Origin: Desulfobacteraceae bacterium
Lineage (GTDB): Bacteria; Desulfobacterota; Desulfobacteria; Desulfobacterales; SG8-13
DNA: 52,302 nt
Direction: 5' to 3'
NCBI GenBank assembly: GCA_029287875.1
Contig: JARFQH010000101.1
Coordinates: 1 to 52,302 of the forward strand
The notes under the pieces were generated by a model. It was given only the letters and a program-made list of their open reading frames with translations, did not search any database and was not told the origin of the DNA. The position numbers and the translations under genes are program-made. Positions 9,448-18,433 of the stretch are shown in pieces; position 1 is the first letter of the stretch; the number at the start of each line of letters is the position of its first letter.

Positions 9448-10574
9448 CTACCTCCTTTGGGTTCCATGTTACTTGTGGACGGGGGCACGCCCCCTCTAAC
9501 TACGGCAGTCAGGTTGTCCATATATTTATCGAGGACTTCGTAAAGCTTGAAGACACTGGCAATGTTGACGTGCTCCTCGGCCGTATGCTGGCTCATATCG
9601 CCGTCTGCGCCCCAGACGATCCCTTTGATACCGAACTGGCTCAGGTGGCGGGCGTCACTGGCACCATGTTCGAAACCGGTTCCGGTCCCCGCTGCGATTT
9701 TCAGCAGTTCGTCAAGGTAAGGCGATTCACCTCCCATGAAAAGCGGTTCCTTTTCCTCGATCACCAGACGGCCGTTAATCTTACCCTGTATCGCCTCGAC
9801 CAGTGCATCTACGTCGTCGTTTTCGGTATAGCGGATGTCGAACAGTGCCTCGGCACAGTCCGGAACCTGGTTGACCGATGCCCCCGCCTTGACCCGGCTG
9901 AAATTGATGGTCCGGTGCCAATGATCCGGCAAGGTATCTTTAAAGAAAGTCCGGATAACACGATAATCTTCGATCAGCTTCTCGATGGCGTTCTCACCGA
10001 GCCAGGGCCGGGCACCATGGGCGGATTTACCCTCGGTGATCAGCTTGAGACGCAGGATTCCCTTTTCTTTGACGACGATTTTGTCGACACTGCCGCCGTC
10101 CAAGGCGATGCAAAAATCGGCTTTGACCAGGGGAAGCACTTTCTTGGCGCCGTTGGCCCCACCGATCTCCTCGTCGGTTGTGATCAGAATGCCGAAAGGC
10201 AGGTCCTGCTGACCACCGCCTCGGTTGCGGCACCGCTGCAAGTGTTCCTTGAGGAGTGCCAGCGAGAGGGCGGCCGCATACTTGTCATCGATACTGCCAC
10301 GACCGAAGAGCTTGCCGTCCTGCCGCCGGGGCTCGAACAAGGCGTCTGCGCCCTCCACCACGTCGATATGGGACATCAGGATCACGGCAAATTGTCCGCT
10401 TCGCGGCACGGCCAGAAGGGAGGGGTAGTTCTGAAAGTTCAGCCGCTGGTAATCGATGGCGTTGGCACTGAAAAACTCTTCGATGTAATTGGCACAACGC
10501 TGAATTTCAGACGGATTGCTATGAGTGGATTTGAACCGGATCAGGTCTTCGGTCAGGCGGATGGTTTCTTCCAT
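9444..10574 (-). CDS. M20 family metallopeptidase (ArgE/DapE/ACY1 type)
   Basis: HIDVV, GRGSIDDK and TTDEEIGG metal-ligand motifs. ATGA overlap with the downstream binding-protein gene, so it is the first gene of the peptide-uptake operon. Confidence 0.85.
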   Translation of the reverse strand: MEETIRLTEDLIRFKSTHSNPSEIQRCANYIEEFFSANAIDYQRLNFQNYPSLLAVPRSGQFAVILMSHIDVVEGADALFEPRRQDGKLFGRGSIDDKYAAALSLALLKEHLQRCRNRGGGQQDLPFGILITTDEEIGGANGAKKVLPLVKADFCIALDGGSVDKIVVKEKGILRLKLITEGKSAHGARPWLGENAIEKLIEDYRVIRTFFKDTLPDHWHRTINFSRVKAGASVNQVPDCAEALFDIRYTENDDVDALVEAIQGKINGRLVIEEKEPLFMGGESPYLDELLKIAAGTGTGFEHGASDARHLSQFGIKGIVWGADGDMSQHTAEEHVNIASVFKLYEVLDKYMDNLTAVVRGGVPPSTSNMEPKGGR

Positions 10575-10714
10575 TTGAACGGACTCCGAATCGTTAAAAA
10601 TATAAGATTGTATGGGTTGAGATGAGGTCTTTCTTCATACTTAGCAGCAGAATTCGAGTACGGCAAGAACATTTAGCCATCGACGATTGGGGGCCGCCCA
10701 TTCTGAAGAAAAAT

Positions 10715-10743
10715 TTGAGATTGGCAGGTCGATCTGCTATGAT
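10715..10743 (+). promoter_or_regulatory. Sigma70-like promoter TTGAGA-17-TATGAT
   Basis: Hexamers read directly, with 17-nt spacing, about 25 nt upstream of the ankyrin gene start. Confidence 0.45.
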
Positions 10744-10768
10744 AATAAATAATTGAGTGGAGAAAAAC

Positions 10769-11542
10769 ATGATAAACTTTCATCCCCATAAGCCTAAATT
10801 TTTGATCATTTATGTCCTGCTATGGTTTGGGTTGGTATCGTTGGGCATCGGAAGGGCAGTCGACCCGTCTGAGTCTCTGGTCACCGCCGCCGAAATGGGC
10901 CTGCTGGATGACGTGCGGCAAATGCTCGACTCGGGTGCCGATCCCGACGGTCGGAATTCATCCGGTTGGACGGCCCTGATGCAGGCGTCCATGAATGGTC
11001 ATACGGAGATCGCTCAGCTGCTGATCGCCCACGGAGCCGATGCCAACACCAGAGGGGACGCCGGATGGGAGGCATTGATGCTGGCTGCCCAGTTCGGCCA
11101 CAAAGACATCGTTCGCATTTTACTGCGGCAAAAAGCCGAGGTGAACGCGGTCAGCAGGAACGGATCGACGGCACTGATGTTTGCCGCGGGTAATGGCCAC
11201 TACGACATTGTGCAGGATCTCCTGCAAACGGGTGCCGATATCTCTATGAAAGACTATATGGGCCGAACCGCGCTCATGTTTGCAGCCATTGACGGCCACG
11301 ACCGGATTGCCCGTCAACTGATAAAAAGCCGATCCGATGTCAACGTGGTCGACAAGGAAGGCAACACAACTCTCATGCTGGCCGTCAAATGCGGCCACGA
11401 AGACGTCGTTCGTTCTCTGCTGGCCGCCTGTCCCGACCTCAAACTGAAGGATGGCAACGGGAAAACCGCATTGCAATTAGCAGAGGAGAAACAGGCTCAC
11501 CAAATCATCGAACTGTTAAATTCGCCACCGCCGTGCCATTAA
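10769..11542 (+). CDS. Secreted/membrane-anchored ankyrin-repeat protein
   Basis: N-terminal hydrophobic segment FLIIYVLLWFGLVSLGIG, then about 6 ankyrin repeats (GWTALMQASMNGHTEIAQLLIAHGADAN and similar). The ATG at 10769 follows GGAG; the GTG at 10757 is an alternative. Confidence 0.85.
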   Translation: MINFHPHKPKFLIIYVLLWFGLVSLGIGRAVDPSESLVTAAEMGLLDDVRQMLDSGADPDGRNSSGWTALMQASMNGHTEIAQLLIAHGADANTRGDAGWEALMLAAQFGHKDIVRILLRQKAEVNAVSRNGSTALMFAAGNGHYDIVQDLLQTGADISMKDYMGRTALMFAAIDGHDRIARQLIKSRSDVNVVDKEGNTTLMLAVKCGHEDVVRSLLAACPDLKLKDGNGKTALQLAEEKQAHQIIELLNSPPPCH

Positions 11543-11678
11543 GCGCTTGGCCGCACGGCTTGGTGGTGCAACGCTACGAGCTTTCGATAGAGAGCTACCG
11601 CCGTTTGAGGGCAAGTTTAAGTGTCGGGCGCACTTTTTTTCGCCCTCGCTGCTTCACAACCGTAAAGGATTTGAACAA

Positions 11679-12068
11679 ATGCCGAAAGGCAGAGACCCCA
11701 TTTCTGACGAAACCAGAATAACGGCGCGCCTGATCGACTTGATCTGTGACATGACCATCTCCCAGCAGCTTGAGTTGTTGGGCCAACTGGATAGTCGGCA
11801 GTACAAGAGCGGTCGCGCCGGTCACCGGCGCGATCGTACAATTTTGGTCGATTATGAAGTCAATAATCTCCTGCGCCAGGATTTTATCCGCGACATCAGT
11901 AACGTCGGTGTGTTTATCGAAACCCCCACTCCCCCTCCCGTCGGCGAAAAAATTCGGCTCTCTTTTTCCCTGGCGGATGCCAAAAAACCGATTAGGGTTA
12001 CCGGCCGGATCGTTCGATCCACCGAAAAGGGTTTTGCCGTCGCCTTTCGACGCAAGACCCGTAAATAA
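11679..12068 (+). CDS. PilZ domain protein (c-di-GMP receptor type)
   Basis: RRDRT (RxxxR) and DISNVG (DxSxxG) motifs with the correct spacing. The ORF is open from 11547, but the upstream part has no protein-like character. Confidence 0.7.
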   Translation: MPKGRDPISDETRITARLIDLICDMTISQQLELLGQLDSRQYKSGRAGHRRDRTILVDYEVNNLLRQDFIRDISNVGVFIETPTPPPVGEKIRLSFSLADAKKPIRVTGRIVRSTEKGFAVAFRRKTRK

Positions 12069-12218
12069 AAAATCCGTCGATCGCCGATTCCCGCAAAAAT
12101 CCATTTCGAATTTTTTCATCATTTTGACTTTTTTAAAAATGGATATAAATTACAGGCGGATCGCAAACCACCGGAAGTGTACTCGACTTTCCGAAAAAAC
12201 TGAACGAATTCAATCGTA

Positions 12219-13154
12219 ATGAGTCTTATAATACCGATTGACTTCTCGTTTACTCAACCATTATACCCGACACCCATTTTCAGGTACCGGCAAGTGAAAT
12301 GTGACGCCGCTTTCGACTATCTTTTCGTAAATGGTGAACTGCGCCCTTCGTATGAGGCGGCCATCTTCGATCGGATCGACGGCAACAGCGTGTACGAGGT
12401 TATCAAGTTGATTGAGGGCGTTCCACTGTTTTTCGAAGATCACATGGCCCGCATGCAAAGATCGGCGGCACTGCTGGGCGCCGGCATTGAAAAACCGCCC
12501 GCACAGGTGCGGGCTGAAATCAACGAGCTGGTGGAAAAAACCGGCTGCGCCGATATCAACGTTAAACTGGTGTGGTATCCGGGAAAAAAGGGGTCGATTT
12601 TTCTGACCTATTTCGTCCGGCAGGATTTCCCGGATGATGGGGCGTACCGACGGGGCGTCCATACCATTCTATACGACGGTGAGCGTCGAAACCCGCAAAT
12701 AAAAGCCGTCAAGACCTCCTACCGCGAACGCGTCAGGGCTGAGCGCGAAGCCGCAGGCGCATACGAAGCCTTACTGGTGGACGACAAGGGATTTGTATCC
12801 GAAGGCACCCGGTCAAACCTGTTCTTTCTGATCGACCATCAGCTCTGCACACCTCCTTCCGACGCCGTCCTTCTGGGGGTGACCCGCCGGCATGTCATGG
12901 CCCTTTGCCGGGCGCTGGCAATCGACGTTCAGGAAAAGATGTTGCACAAGGATGATCTCAACCGGATAGAGGCCGCGTTTATCACCGGTACGACGATCGA
13001 CATCCTGCCGATTGGATCGATCGGCCGCCTGCAGCTCGCCTCGGTCGGACATCCGGTAATCCAGACCATCACCCGGGCATTCACCGAAGAGGTGTCCGCC
13101 TGCATCGCAGCCGAAAAAACCGGTTCCTCCCGCGAGGCCGCCGCTAAAAATTGA
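12219..13154 (+). CDS. Aminotransferase class IV (branched-chain/D-amino-acid aminotransferase or aminodeoxychorismate lyase family)
   Basis: EGTRSNLFF, GVTR and FITGT motifs of fold-type IV PLP enzymes. No clear SD at the start. Confidence 0.8.
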   Translation: MSLIIPIDFSFTQPLYPTPIFRYRQVKCDAAFDYLFVNGELRPSYEAAIFDRIDGNSVYEVIKLIEGVPLFFEDHMARMQRSAALLGAGIEKPPAQVRAEINELVEKTGCADINVKLVWYPGKKGSIFLTYFVRQDFPDDGAYRRGVHTILYDGERRNPQIKAVKTSYRERVRAEREAAGAYEALLVDDKGFVSEGTRSNLFFLIDHQLCTPPSDAVLLGVTRRHVMALCRALAIDVQEKMLHKDDLNRIEAAFITGTTIDILPIGSIGRLQLASVGHPVIQTITRAFTEEVSACIAAEKTGSSREAAAKN

Positions 13155-13198
13155 TTGCACCAGACGGTGGATTAGACCCCTATCAGAAGGAGTTTGGC

Positions 13199-15229
13199 AT
13201 GAAAAACGCACTAAAATGGGCACTGATTGCAGTGGGCGGGGTGGTGACCCTGATCATCCTGATACTTCTCGTTTTGCCTTTCTTTGTCGACGCTGAAAAA
13301 TACAAACCGTTGCTTGAAAACAAAGTGAAAGAAATGACCGGTCGACCCTTTACGGTCGGTGGAGACGTAGATCTTTCTTTCTTTCCGTTTGTCGGCGTCT
13401 CTTTTTCCGATCTTCACTTGGGCAATCCGCCGGACTTCGACGCTACGGATTTCATTTCCATCAAATCCTTCGAGGTGCGGGTCAAATTGTTGCCGCTTCT
13501 CTCACGCGATGTTCAAGTCAAGCGCTTCGTTGTGAAAGAACCGCTAATTGTGCTGATTAAGAGCAAGCAAGGCCGCGGGAACTGGGAGTTTACCACTCAA
13601 AATACCGGAAAATCGTCACCGGAAACCGCTCAGAAGCCCACTTCGGAAAAGCCCCTCGAAGGTCTGCCGATCCGCTCTCTGACGGTCGGTGATTTTTCCG
13701 TCACAAATGGCTCGATTGCCTGGATCGACAAAGCCACCGACATGCGCAAGACCGTCGACCAACTCGACTTGGTGCTCGCGGATCTCTCCTTCGATCGACC
13801 CATCGGGTTGACGTTGTCTGCCCGCATAGACGACAAACCGGTTGCGATTAACGGCACAGTCGGTCCGATCGGTCAGGATCCGGGCAAGGCCACCATTCCG
13901 CTGAATCTGGACGTCAAGGCCCTGTCCGATCTGGCATTGACACTGAAAGGCACTGTGGCATCACCGGCTGACAATCCCCGCGCCGACCTGACGGTCAATA
14001 TCTCCGAGTTTTCTCCCCGTAAACTTCTGGCGCAATTGGGTCAGTCCAAGGTGATCGATACCGCCGATTCGGGGGTTTTGAGCAAGATGTCGATGCAGGC
14101 CGCCATTGCGGGCGGAACCGATAAAATTTCGGTCTCGAAGGGCACGATGACGCTCGATGACACCAGGATCAATTTTAACGCCCGCCTGGCTGAATTTTCG
14201 CGCCCCGACATCGCCTTCGAGGCCGACCTGGATCGGATCAACATCGATCGCTACCTGCCGTCCAAAACCGATAAAAATTCCGCTGCCGCAACCGGGGCCA
14301 GTCAAGAAGGCCAAACGACGACGGTTGCTCCAAAGCCGGGTGGAACGGACGATAAAAAGAAACCCGATTACACGTCACTGCGCCGGTTGGTGCTGGACGG
14401 AAAAGTAAAAGCCGGCGAAGTGACCGTCAGTAAGGCCAAGCTCAGCAATTTTCTCATGACGATCCGCGGCAAGGACGGTGTCCTGCGAGTCGAACCACTG
14501 CAGATCGATCTTTACGGCGGCAACCTCAATCTGAACGGCAACATGAACGTCAGTCAGAACGTTCCGCGCAGCACAGTCAAGCTCCAACTCAAAAATGTTC
14601 AGGCCGGTCCGCTATTGAAAGATCAAAGCGATAAGGATTTTCTGGAAGGTACGACCGATGCGGCCGGCGATCTCTCCTTCAGCGGGGATGACGCCGAAAC
14701 CATCAAAAAGACCCTGAACGGCAGAGGTGATCTCCGCTTCTCAAACGGGGCCATAAAAGGAGTAGACCTGGTCGCCATGATTCAAAATATCAGGGCTGCC
14801 TTCGGCGACGGGCAAGCCATCCCGGCCGGTTCTCAAACAGACTTTACCGAATTGTCGGTACCGTTTACAATCAACAATGGGGTCGTCGACACGAGTCAAA
14901 CCAATCTGCAGTCGCATGTTTTGGATGTTCTGGTCGTTGGAAAAGCAAACCTGGTGAGCGAAATTTTGGATTTCCGGGTAGAACCCAAGGTGGTCCGAAA
15001 GCTCGGAAGACAGGATGATAAAAAGGATTATTCAAATGTGACGGTACCGGTTCTGGTCAGCGGCACCTTCTCTGCTCCGAAATTTTCACCGGATCTCGAA
15101 TCGGTGGCAAAACAGCAAATCCAGGAAAAACTGCTCGAATCCGATAAAGTTCAAAAATACATCGAAAAGAAGGGGCTTAAAAAATATGAGGAACCGGCCA
15201 AGAACCTTTTGAAAAACTTTCTTAAGTAA
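13199..15229 (+). CDS. AsmA family outer-membrane biogenesis protein
   Basis: N-terminal TM segment (ALIAVGGVVTLIILILLVLPFF), AsmA-like N-terminus (VDAEKYKPLLENKV...) and AsmA_2-like C-terminus (LNGRGDLRFSNGAIKGVDL). GAAGGAG SD lies before the ATG at 13199. Confidence 0.85.
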   Translation: MKNALKWALIAVGGVVTLIILILLVLPFFVDAEKYKPLLENKVKEMTGRPFTVGGDVDLSFFPFVGVSFSDLHLGNPPDFDATDFISIKSFEVRVKLLPLLSRDVQVKRFVVKEPLIVLIKSKQGRGNWEFTTQNTGKSSPETAQKPTSEKPLEGLPIRSLTVGDFSVTNGSIAWIDKATDMRKTVDQLDLVLADLSFDRPIGLTLSARIDDKPVAINGTVGPIGQDPGKATIPLNLDVKALSDLALTLKGTVASPADNPRADLTVNISEFSPRKLLAQLGQSKVIDTADSGVLSKMSMQAAIAGGTDKISVSKGTMTLDDTRINFNARLAEFSRPDIAFEADLDRINIDRYLPSKTDKNSAAATGASQEGQTTTVAPKPGGTDDKKKPDYTSLRRLVLDGKVKAGEVTVSKAKLSNFLMTIRGKDGVLRVEPLQIDLYGGNLNLNGNMNVSQNVPRSTVKLQLKNVQAGPLLKDQSDKDFLEGTTDAAGDLSFSGDDAETIKKTLNGRGDLRFSNGAIKGVDLVAMIQNIRAAFGDGQAIPAGSQTDFTELSVPFTINNGVVDTSQTNLQSHVLDVLVVGKANLVSEILDFRVEPKVVRKLGRQDDKKDYSNVTVPVLVSGTFSAPKFSPDLESVAKQQIQEKLLESDKVQKYIEKKGLKKYEEPAKNLLKNFLK

Positions 15230-15236
15230 AGATAAA

Positions 15237-15258
15237 GCAGGGCCGCATGGCCCTGCTC
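15237..15258. terminator. GC-rich hairpin between convergent genes (agcagggcc-gcat-ggccctgct)
   Basis: Perfect 9-bp stem with a 4-nt loop, located between the asmA-like stop and the stop of the minus-strand lysine-rich gene. Confidence 0.6.
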
Positions 15259-15280
15259 TCGAAAATGTAAAATACGGTGA

Positions 15281-15667
15281 TCAGGCTATCGCATAGACAC
15301 CCCTACCGACATTCTTGACTTTGCCCTGCTTCTTCAGTTTAAAAACGGCATTCGATACCTGCCGCTGACCGAAACCGGTCTTTTTGAGAATGGCAACATG
15401 AGCAATGCCACCACCGGCGTTTCTGATAACCTCGAGAACAGAGTCTACAATGGAAGAGGACCCTTTCACCGATGGCGGGGTTTTCTTAGCCGTAGATTTC
15501 TTGGGTGTTTTCGCCTTGACCACTTTTTTTACGCGCTTGGTTTTCGCGGTGACCTTGGCTTGTGGTTTGGTTACCTTTCCGACCTGTGTTGCAATCGCAT
15601 TAATTTCTTTACTAATGGTTTTCAGGTCGGCAGCAATGTTTTTTAACAACTTTACCGTTTCAGCCAT
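15281..15667 (-). CDS. Lysine-rich histone H1-like / winged-helix small protein
   Basis: 129 aa from the ATG at 15667, preceded by GGAGGG. The central stretch KPQAKVTAKTKRVKKVVKAKTPKKSTAKKTPP is H1-like low complexity. The C-terminal about 60 aa looks like a small DNA-binding fold. Confidence 0.6.
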   Translation of the reverse strand: MAETVKLLKNIAADLKTISKEINAIATQVGKVTKPQAKVTAKTKRVKKVVKAKTPKKSTAKKTPPSVKGSSSIVDSVLEVIRNAGGGIAHVAILKKTGFGQRQVSNAVFKLKKQGKVKNVGRGVYAIA

Positions 15668-15784
15668 TTTCCCTCCAATAAGATAAGTTTTCGAAAGCAC
15701 TTCGATCGTGCCGTTTGAATTGACTCCATAAATATAAACCGACAAATTTGCAACAATTATTTATGGGCGGAAACTATCGGCTTT

Positions 15785-15872
15785 AAGACAAAGGGTTTTG
15801 GCAAGGCCAGAGGGAGAAGGCTGTATTGTATATACGCCGACGACCGATAACACAGTCCAAACCCTTTATCTT
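15785..15872 (-). repeat. 16-17-bp inverted repeat flanking about 55 nt, overlapping the methyltransferase stop codon
   Basis: aagacaaagggttttgg (15785-15801) versus ccaaaccctttatctt (15857-15872). There is one mismatch, which is G-U compatible on the minus strand. Confidence 0.6.
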
Positions 15873-16506
15873 AAGGCCTATAAGGTCGTTTCACCGCCGA
15901 TAGTATATAGAGCTCCGCCTGATCGACAAACTCTTTAACGGCGAAGCCATAGGGTCCGAGCAATTTCTTTGTTTCAGATTTCAAGGGAAAGTCGTCCAGC
16001 GGATAGGGAGAGCCTTGTCTGAGCGATTCGATAAAGGCTTTGCCCAGCGGGTGGCTGATGATCATGCGCCCGGCGGGTTTCAACATGCGACTGATATTTT
16101 TCAGGGCGCCCGCCTTGTCGGCAATATTCGGATAGCAGGCATTGATGAAAACAACATCAAGGCTTTCGTCGGGTAAGGCAAGTTCTCTGACATCTTTCTG
16201 AATGGTCTTGACGTCGGAGTAATTCTCTTTTAGTCGCCTCAACATCGCTTCGGAAAGATCACAGGCATAGATGCAGCCAGGCTCGTACTGTCTAATTATG
16301 GGAATCAAAATGCCGGTTCCGGCTCCCACATCCAGTACCGAATCGCCTGTCTCGATTTCGGCCGCCGTCACGATTTTTTCAAGCCGCTCGGGGACGCCTG
16401 CCGGCAAGGGGGGGTCGAACAAATGGTAAAGCCTGTTGAAATGGTCACGCTGGATGCGATTGATCCGTTCGATTTCATTTTGAGTCGGCGTTTTAAAAAG
16501 GCCCAC
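15871..16506 (-). CDS. Class I SAM-dependent methyltransferase
   Basis: Motif I VLDVGAGTGILIP, DLS acidic motif and FINACY. GTG start. Lies directly downstream of mlaC on the same strand. Confidence 0.8.
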   Translation of the reverse strand: MGLFKTPTQNEIERINRIQRDHFNRLYHLFDPPLPAGVPERLEKIVTAAEIETGDSVLDVGAGTGILIPIIRQYEPGCIYACDLSEAMLRRLKENYSDVKTIQKDVRELALPDESLDVVFINACYPNIADKAGALKNISRMLKPAGRMIISHPLGKAFIESLRQGSPYPLDDFPLKSETKKLLGPYGFAVKEFVDQAELYILSAVKRPYRP

Positions 16507-16537
16507 CTTTTTACCTTTAATCTAAAATGTGATTAAC

Positions 16538-17125
16538 CTACCCGCTCTTTTCGGAAACCTTCTTCCTCAGTATCGCAAGCATTTCGGCGGGTGTCTGCCG
16601 GCTCAAGATGTCATTGAACTGTGTCCGGTAGTTGCTCACCAGGCTGACGCCTTCGATAACAAGGTCGTATACTTTCCAATCACCATCCCTTCGGATCAGC
16701 CGATAGGTTATCGGAATCTTTTTGTCACTGGAAACAATGTTGCTGTCGACTTCAGCTTTTTTTTCCGACAGCATTGTTTGCTTAGCGAACACAACCTTTT
16801 CGTCGGTGTACTTCAACAACTGCCCCATGTAGTTTTTCTCCAGCAGCAGGCGGTAGAGGTCGACGAATTCGCTGCGCTGGCCGTCATCCAATTTCAGCCA
16901 GTTTCGACCGAGTGTCATTCTCGAAAGATAAATATAGTCGAAGGTTTCATCGGCCGCCTTTTCGAGTTGTTTGACCTTGGCATCCTCTTCGAGGCTCTTG
17001 TCGCCCAGAATCTTCACGATCCGATCGACCCGAGTTTCAATAATCGTCAGCGGTTCGTCGGCATGGGCGCTCGTCGCAACACAGATGACTATGCCGATTA
17101 TAACTGCTGCTGCTCCTTTAATCAT
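16538..17125 (-). CDS. mlaC: Phospholipid-binding periplasmic protein MlaC (Ttg2D family)
   Basis: Signal peptide plus FDYIYLSRMTLGRNWLKLDDGQRSEFVDLYRLLLEKNY, typical of MlaC. Supported by operon context. Confidence 0.8.
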   Translation of the reverse strand: MIKGAAAVIIGIVICVATSAHADEPLTIIETRVDRIVKILGDKSLEEDAKVKQLEKAADETFDYIYLSRMTLGRNWLKLDDGQRSEFVDLYRLLLEKNYMGQLLKYTDEKVVFAKQTMLSEKKAEVDSNIVSSDKKIPITYRLIRRDGDWKVYDLVIEGVSLVSNYRTQFNDILSRQTPAEMLAILRKKVSEKSG

Positions 17126-17152
17126 ATGTCACCTCTTCGTGTAGGGGCCACT

Positions 17153-17605
17153 TCACTTCTTGACATCACCGAATGCATACTTGCCGATCAGTTCGTTCAG
17201 ATCGGTCGGAGACTGGGTTTCGGTAATTGTTTCGCCGGGTTTTAACAGTTCGCCGGCACCGCCGGGAGCGATGTCCATGTAACGATCCCCGATCAGACCT
17301 TCGATTTTTATGGCGGCAAGGGCGTCGTCATAGATTTTTATGCCCTTGTTGATCCTCATTTCCACAATTACGGCCTGTTCGTCCTGAACCATTTTGAAAT
17401 TCGCGACCCGACCGATTTCGAGGCCCAGCATGTTGACCGGATTACCCTCCCTCAAACCGGTGACCCGGTTGAAGCGTGCATTCAGAGCATAGGTGTCGTC
17501 ATCTAAGATGCCGACATTGCCGAGCTTGATGGTCATGTAACCGATGCAGACCAGTCCGGCAACAACAAAGATGCCCACCACCGTTTCTTTCGAGTATTTT
17601 TTCAT
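17153..17605 (-). CDS. mlaD: MCE-domain protein MlaD
   Basis: N-terminal TM segment plus MCE domain (FNRVTGLREGNPVNMLGLEIGRV). ATGA overlap with the upstream ATPase-like gene. Confidence 0.85.
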   Translation of the reverse strand: MKKYSKETVVGIFVVAGLVCIGYMTIKLGNVGILDDDTYALNARFNRVTGLREGNPVNMLGLEIGRVANFKMVQDEQAVIVEMRINKGIKIYDDALAAIKIEGLIGDRYMDIAPGGAGELLKPGETITETQSPTDLNELIGKYAFGDVKK

Positions 17606-18423
17606 TTCGAGTTACCTCCTCTTTCGCAAGAAAACCGCGCTATCGGCCTGAGATCGAACCGGGCGAATTCGATGATCGAGTCGAGTTCAACTTGGGGTTG
17701 GCCGCGGGCCAGTCCTCCCAAAATCGTGAATTCGAAACACTCCTCACTTGAGGTCGCTTTGCGGATCAAAGCCGAAAGGCTTTCGAGGCCGTGTTCCTGT
17801 AAATCCCGTGTGAAATCATTCATAATGTGCTCGGCTTCCTCGCGGTTGGAGAACGGCAGCAACGAGGCAAATTCATCTATGGTCTGGCGTGTGGAAAAGG
17901 CTCCCACCAGGCCAAAGTGCTTGTTGAACAGAACAATCTGCGGATCGGTGACCAGCGCCCGCGCCAGTGCCGTCCGCTTTTGCATACCGCCCGATATTTC
18001 AGCCGGGTACTTATGGGCCACGTCGGTCAGCTCGGTCTGCTCGATACGCGCCATTACTTTTTCTGCGATCTCTTTGCGTGTCAGCGATGTGGTCCGGCGC
18101 AGCGCCAGGGCAATGTTGTCGAAGACCGTCATGGAGTCAAAGAGCGCGTTGTTTTGAAACATGTAGCTGATCCGCGCAAGCGTGGCATTCCATTCTTTAT
18201 TGCTCATCCGGTCGATGGGTTTACCACGGTAGAGGATCTGGCCCCAGTCGGGCTTTAGCAAGCCGACGATATGCTTCAGGGTAACGCTCTTACCGCTCCC
18301 GCTCAGACCGATCAGGGTGCTCACTTCTCCTTCGAAGATCTTAAAATTCACACGATCGAGAACCGTCCGTCCGTCAAAGCTTTTGGTGACGTCCACGAAT
18401 TCAATCAGGGGTTCTTTTATCAT
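17602..18423 (-). CDS. mlaF: MlaF-like ABC nucleotide-binding protein with degenerate catalytic half
   Basis: Walker A GLSGSGKS, Q-loop MFQNNALF and signature ISGGMQKR are canonical. The Walker B position reads IVLFNKH instead of hhhhDEP. No D-loop or H-loop is recognisable. Confidence 0.7.
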   Translation of the reverse strand: MIKEPLIEFVDVTKSFDGRTVLDRVNFKIFEGEVSTLIGLSGSGKSVTLKHIVGLLKPDWGQILYRGKPIDRMSNKEWNATLARISYMFQNNALFDSMTVFDNIALALRRTTSLTRKEIAEKVMARIEQTELTDVAHKYPAEISGGMQKRTALARALVTDPQIVLFNKHFGLVGAFSTRQTIDEFASLLPFSNREEAEHIMNDFTRDLQEHGLESLSALIRKATSSEECFEFTILGGLARGQPQVELDSIIEFARFDLRPIARFSCERGGNSK

Positions 18424-18433
18424 CCGGTGATAC

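Noticed and set aside
9570-10625. 351-aa ORF antisense to the M20 peptidase gene
   Set aside because: It is fully embedded antisense to a confidently identified gene, has Arg/Gly/Pro/Val-rich composition with no motifs, and is a typical shadow ORF of GC-rich coding DNA. The same reasoning applies to 18533-19327, 23896-24552, 28542-29453, 42580-43575, 46142-47131 and 49824-50888.
11547-11678. Upstream extension of the PilZ ORF
   Set aside because: It begins 5 nt after the ankyrin gene stop, has no SD and no protein-like sequence. The PilZ domain and a plausible ATG start lie at 11679.
17602-17925. A frameshift as an explanation for the aberrant C-terminal half of the MlaF-like protein
   Set aside because: Hand translation of the other two minus-strand frames from the Walker B position gives stop codons within about 20 codons and no ABC motifs (no LDP, no SHD/THD). 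The divergence is therefore in frame and is not a simple indel artefact.
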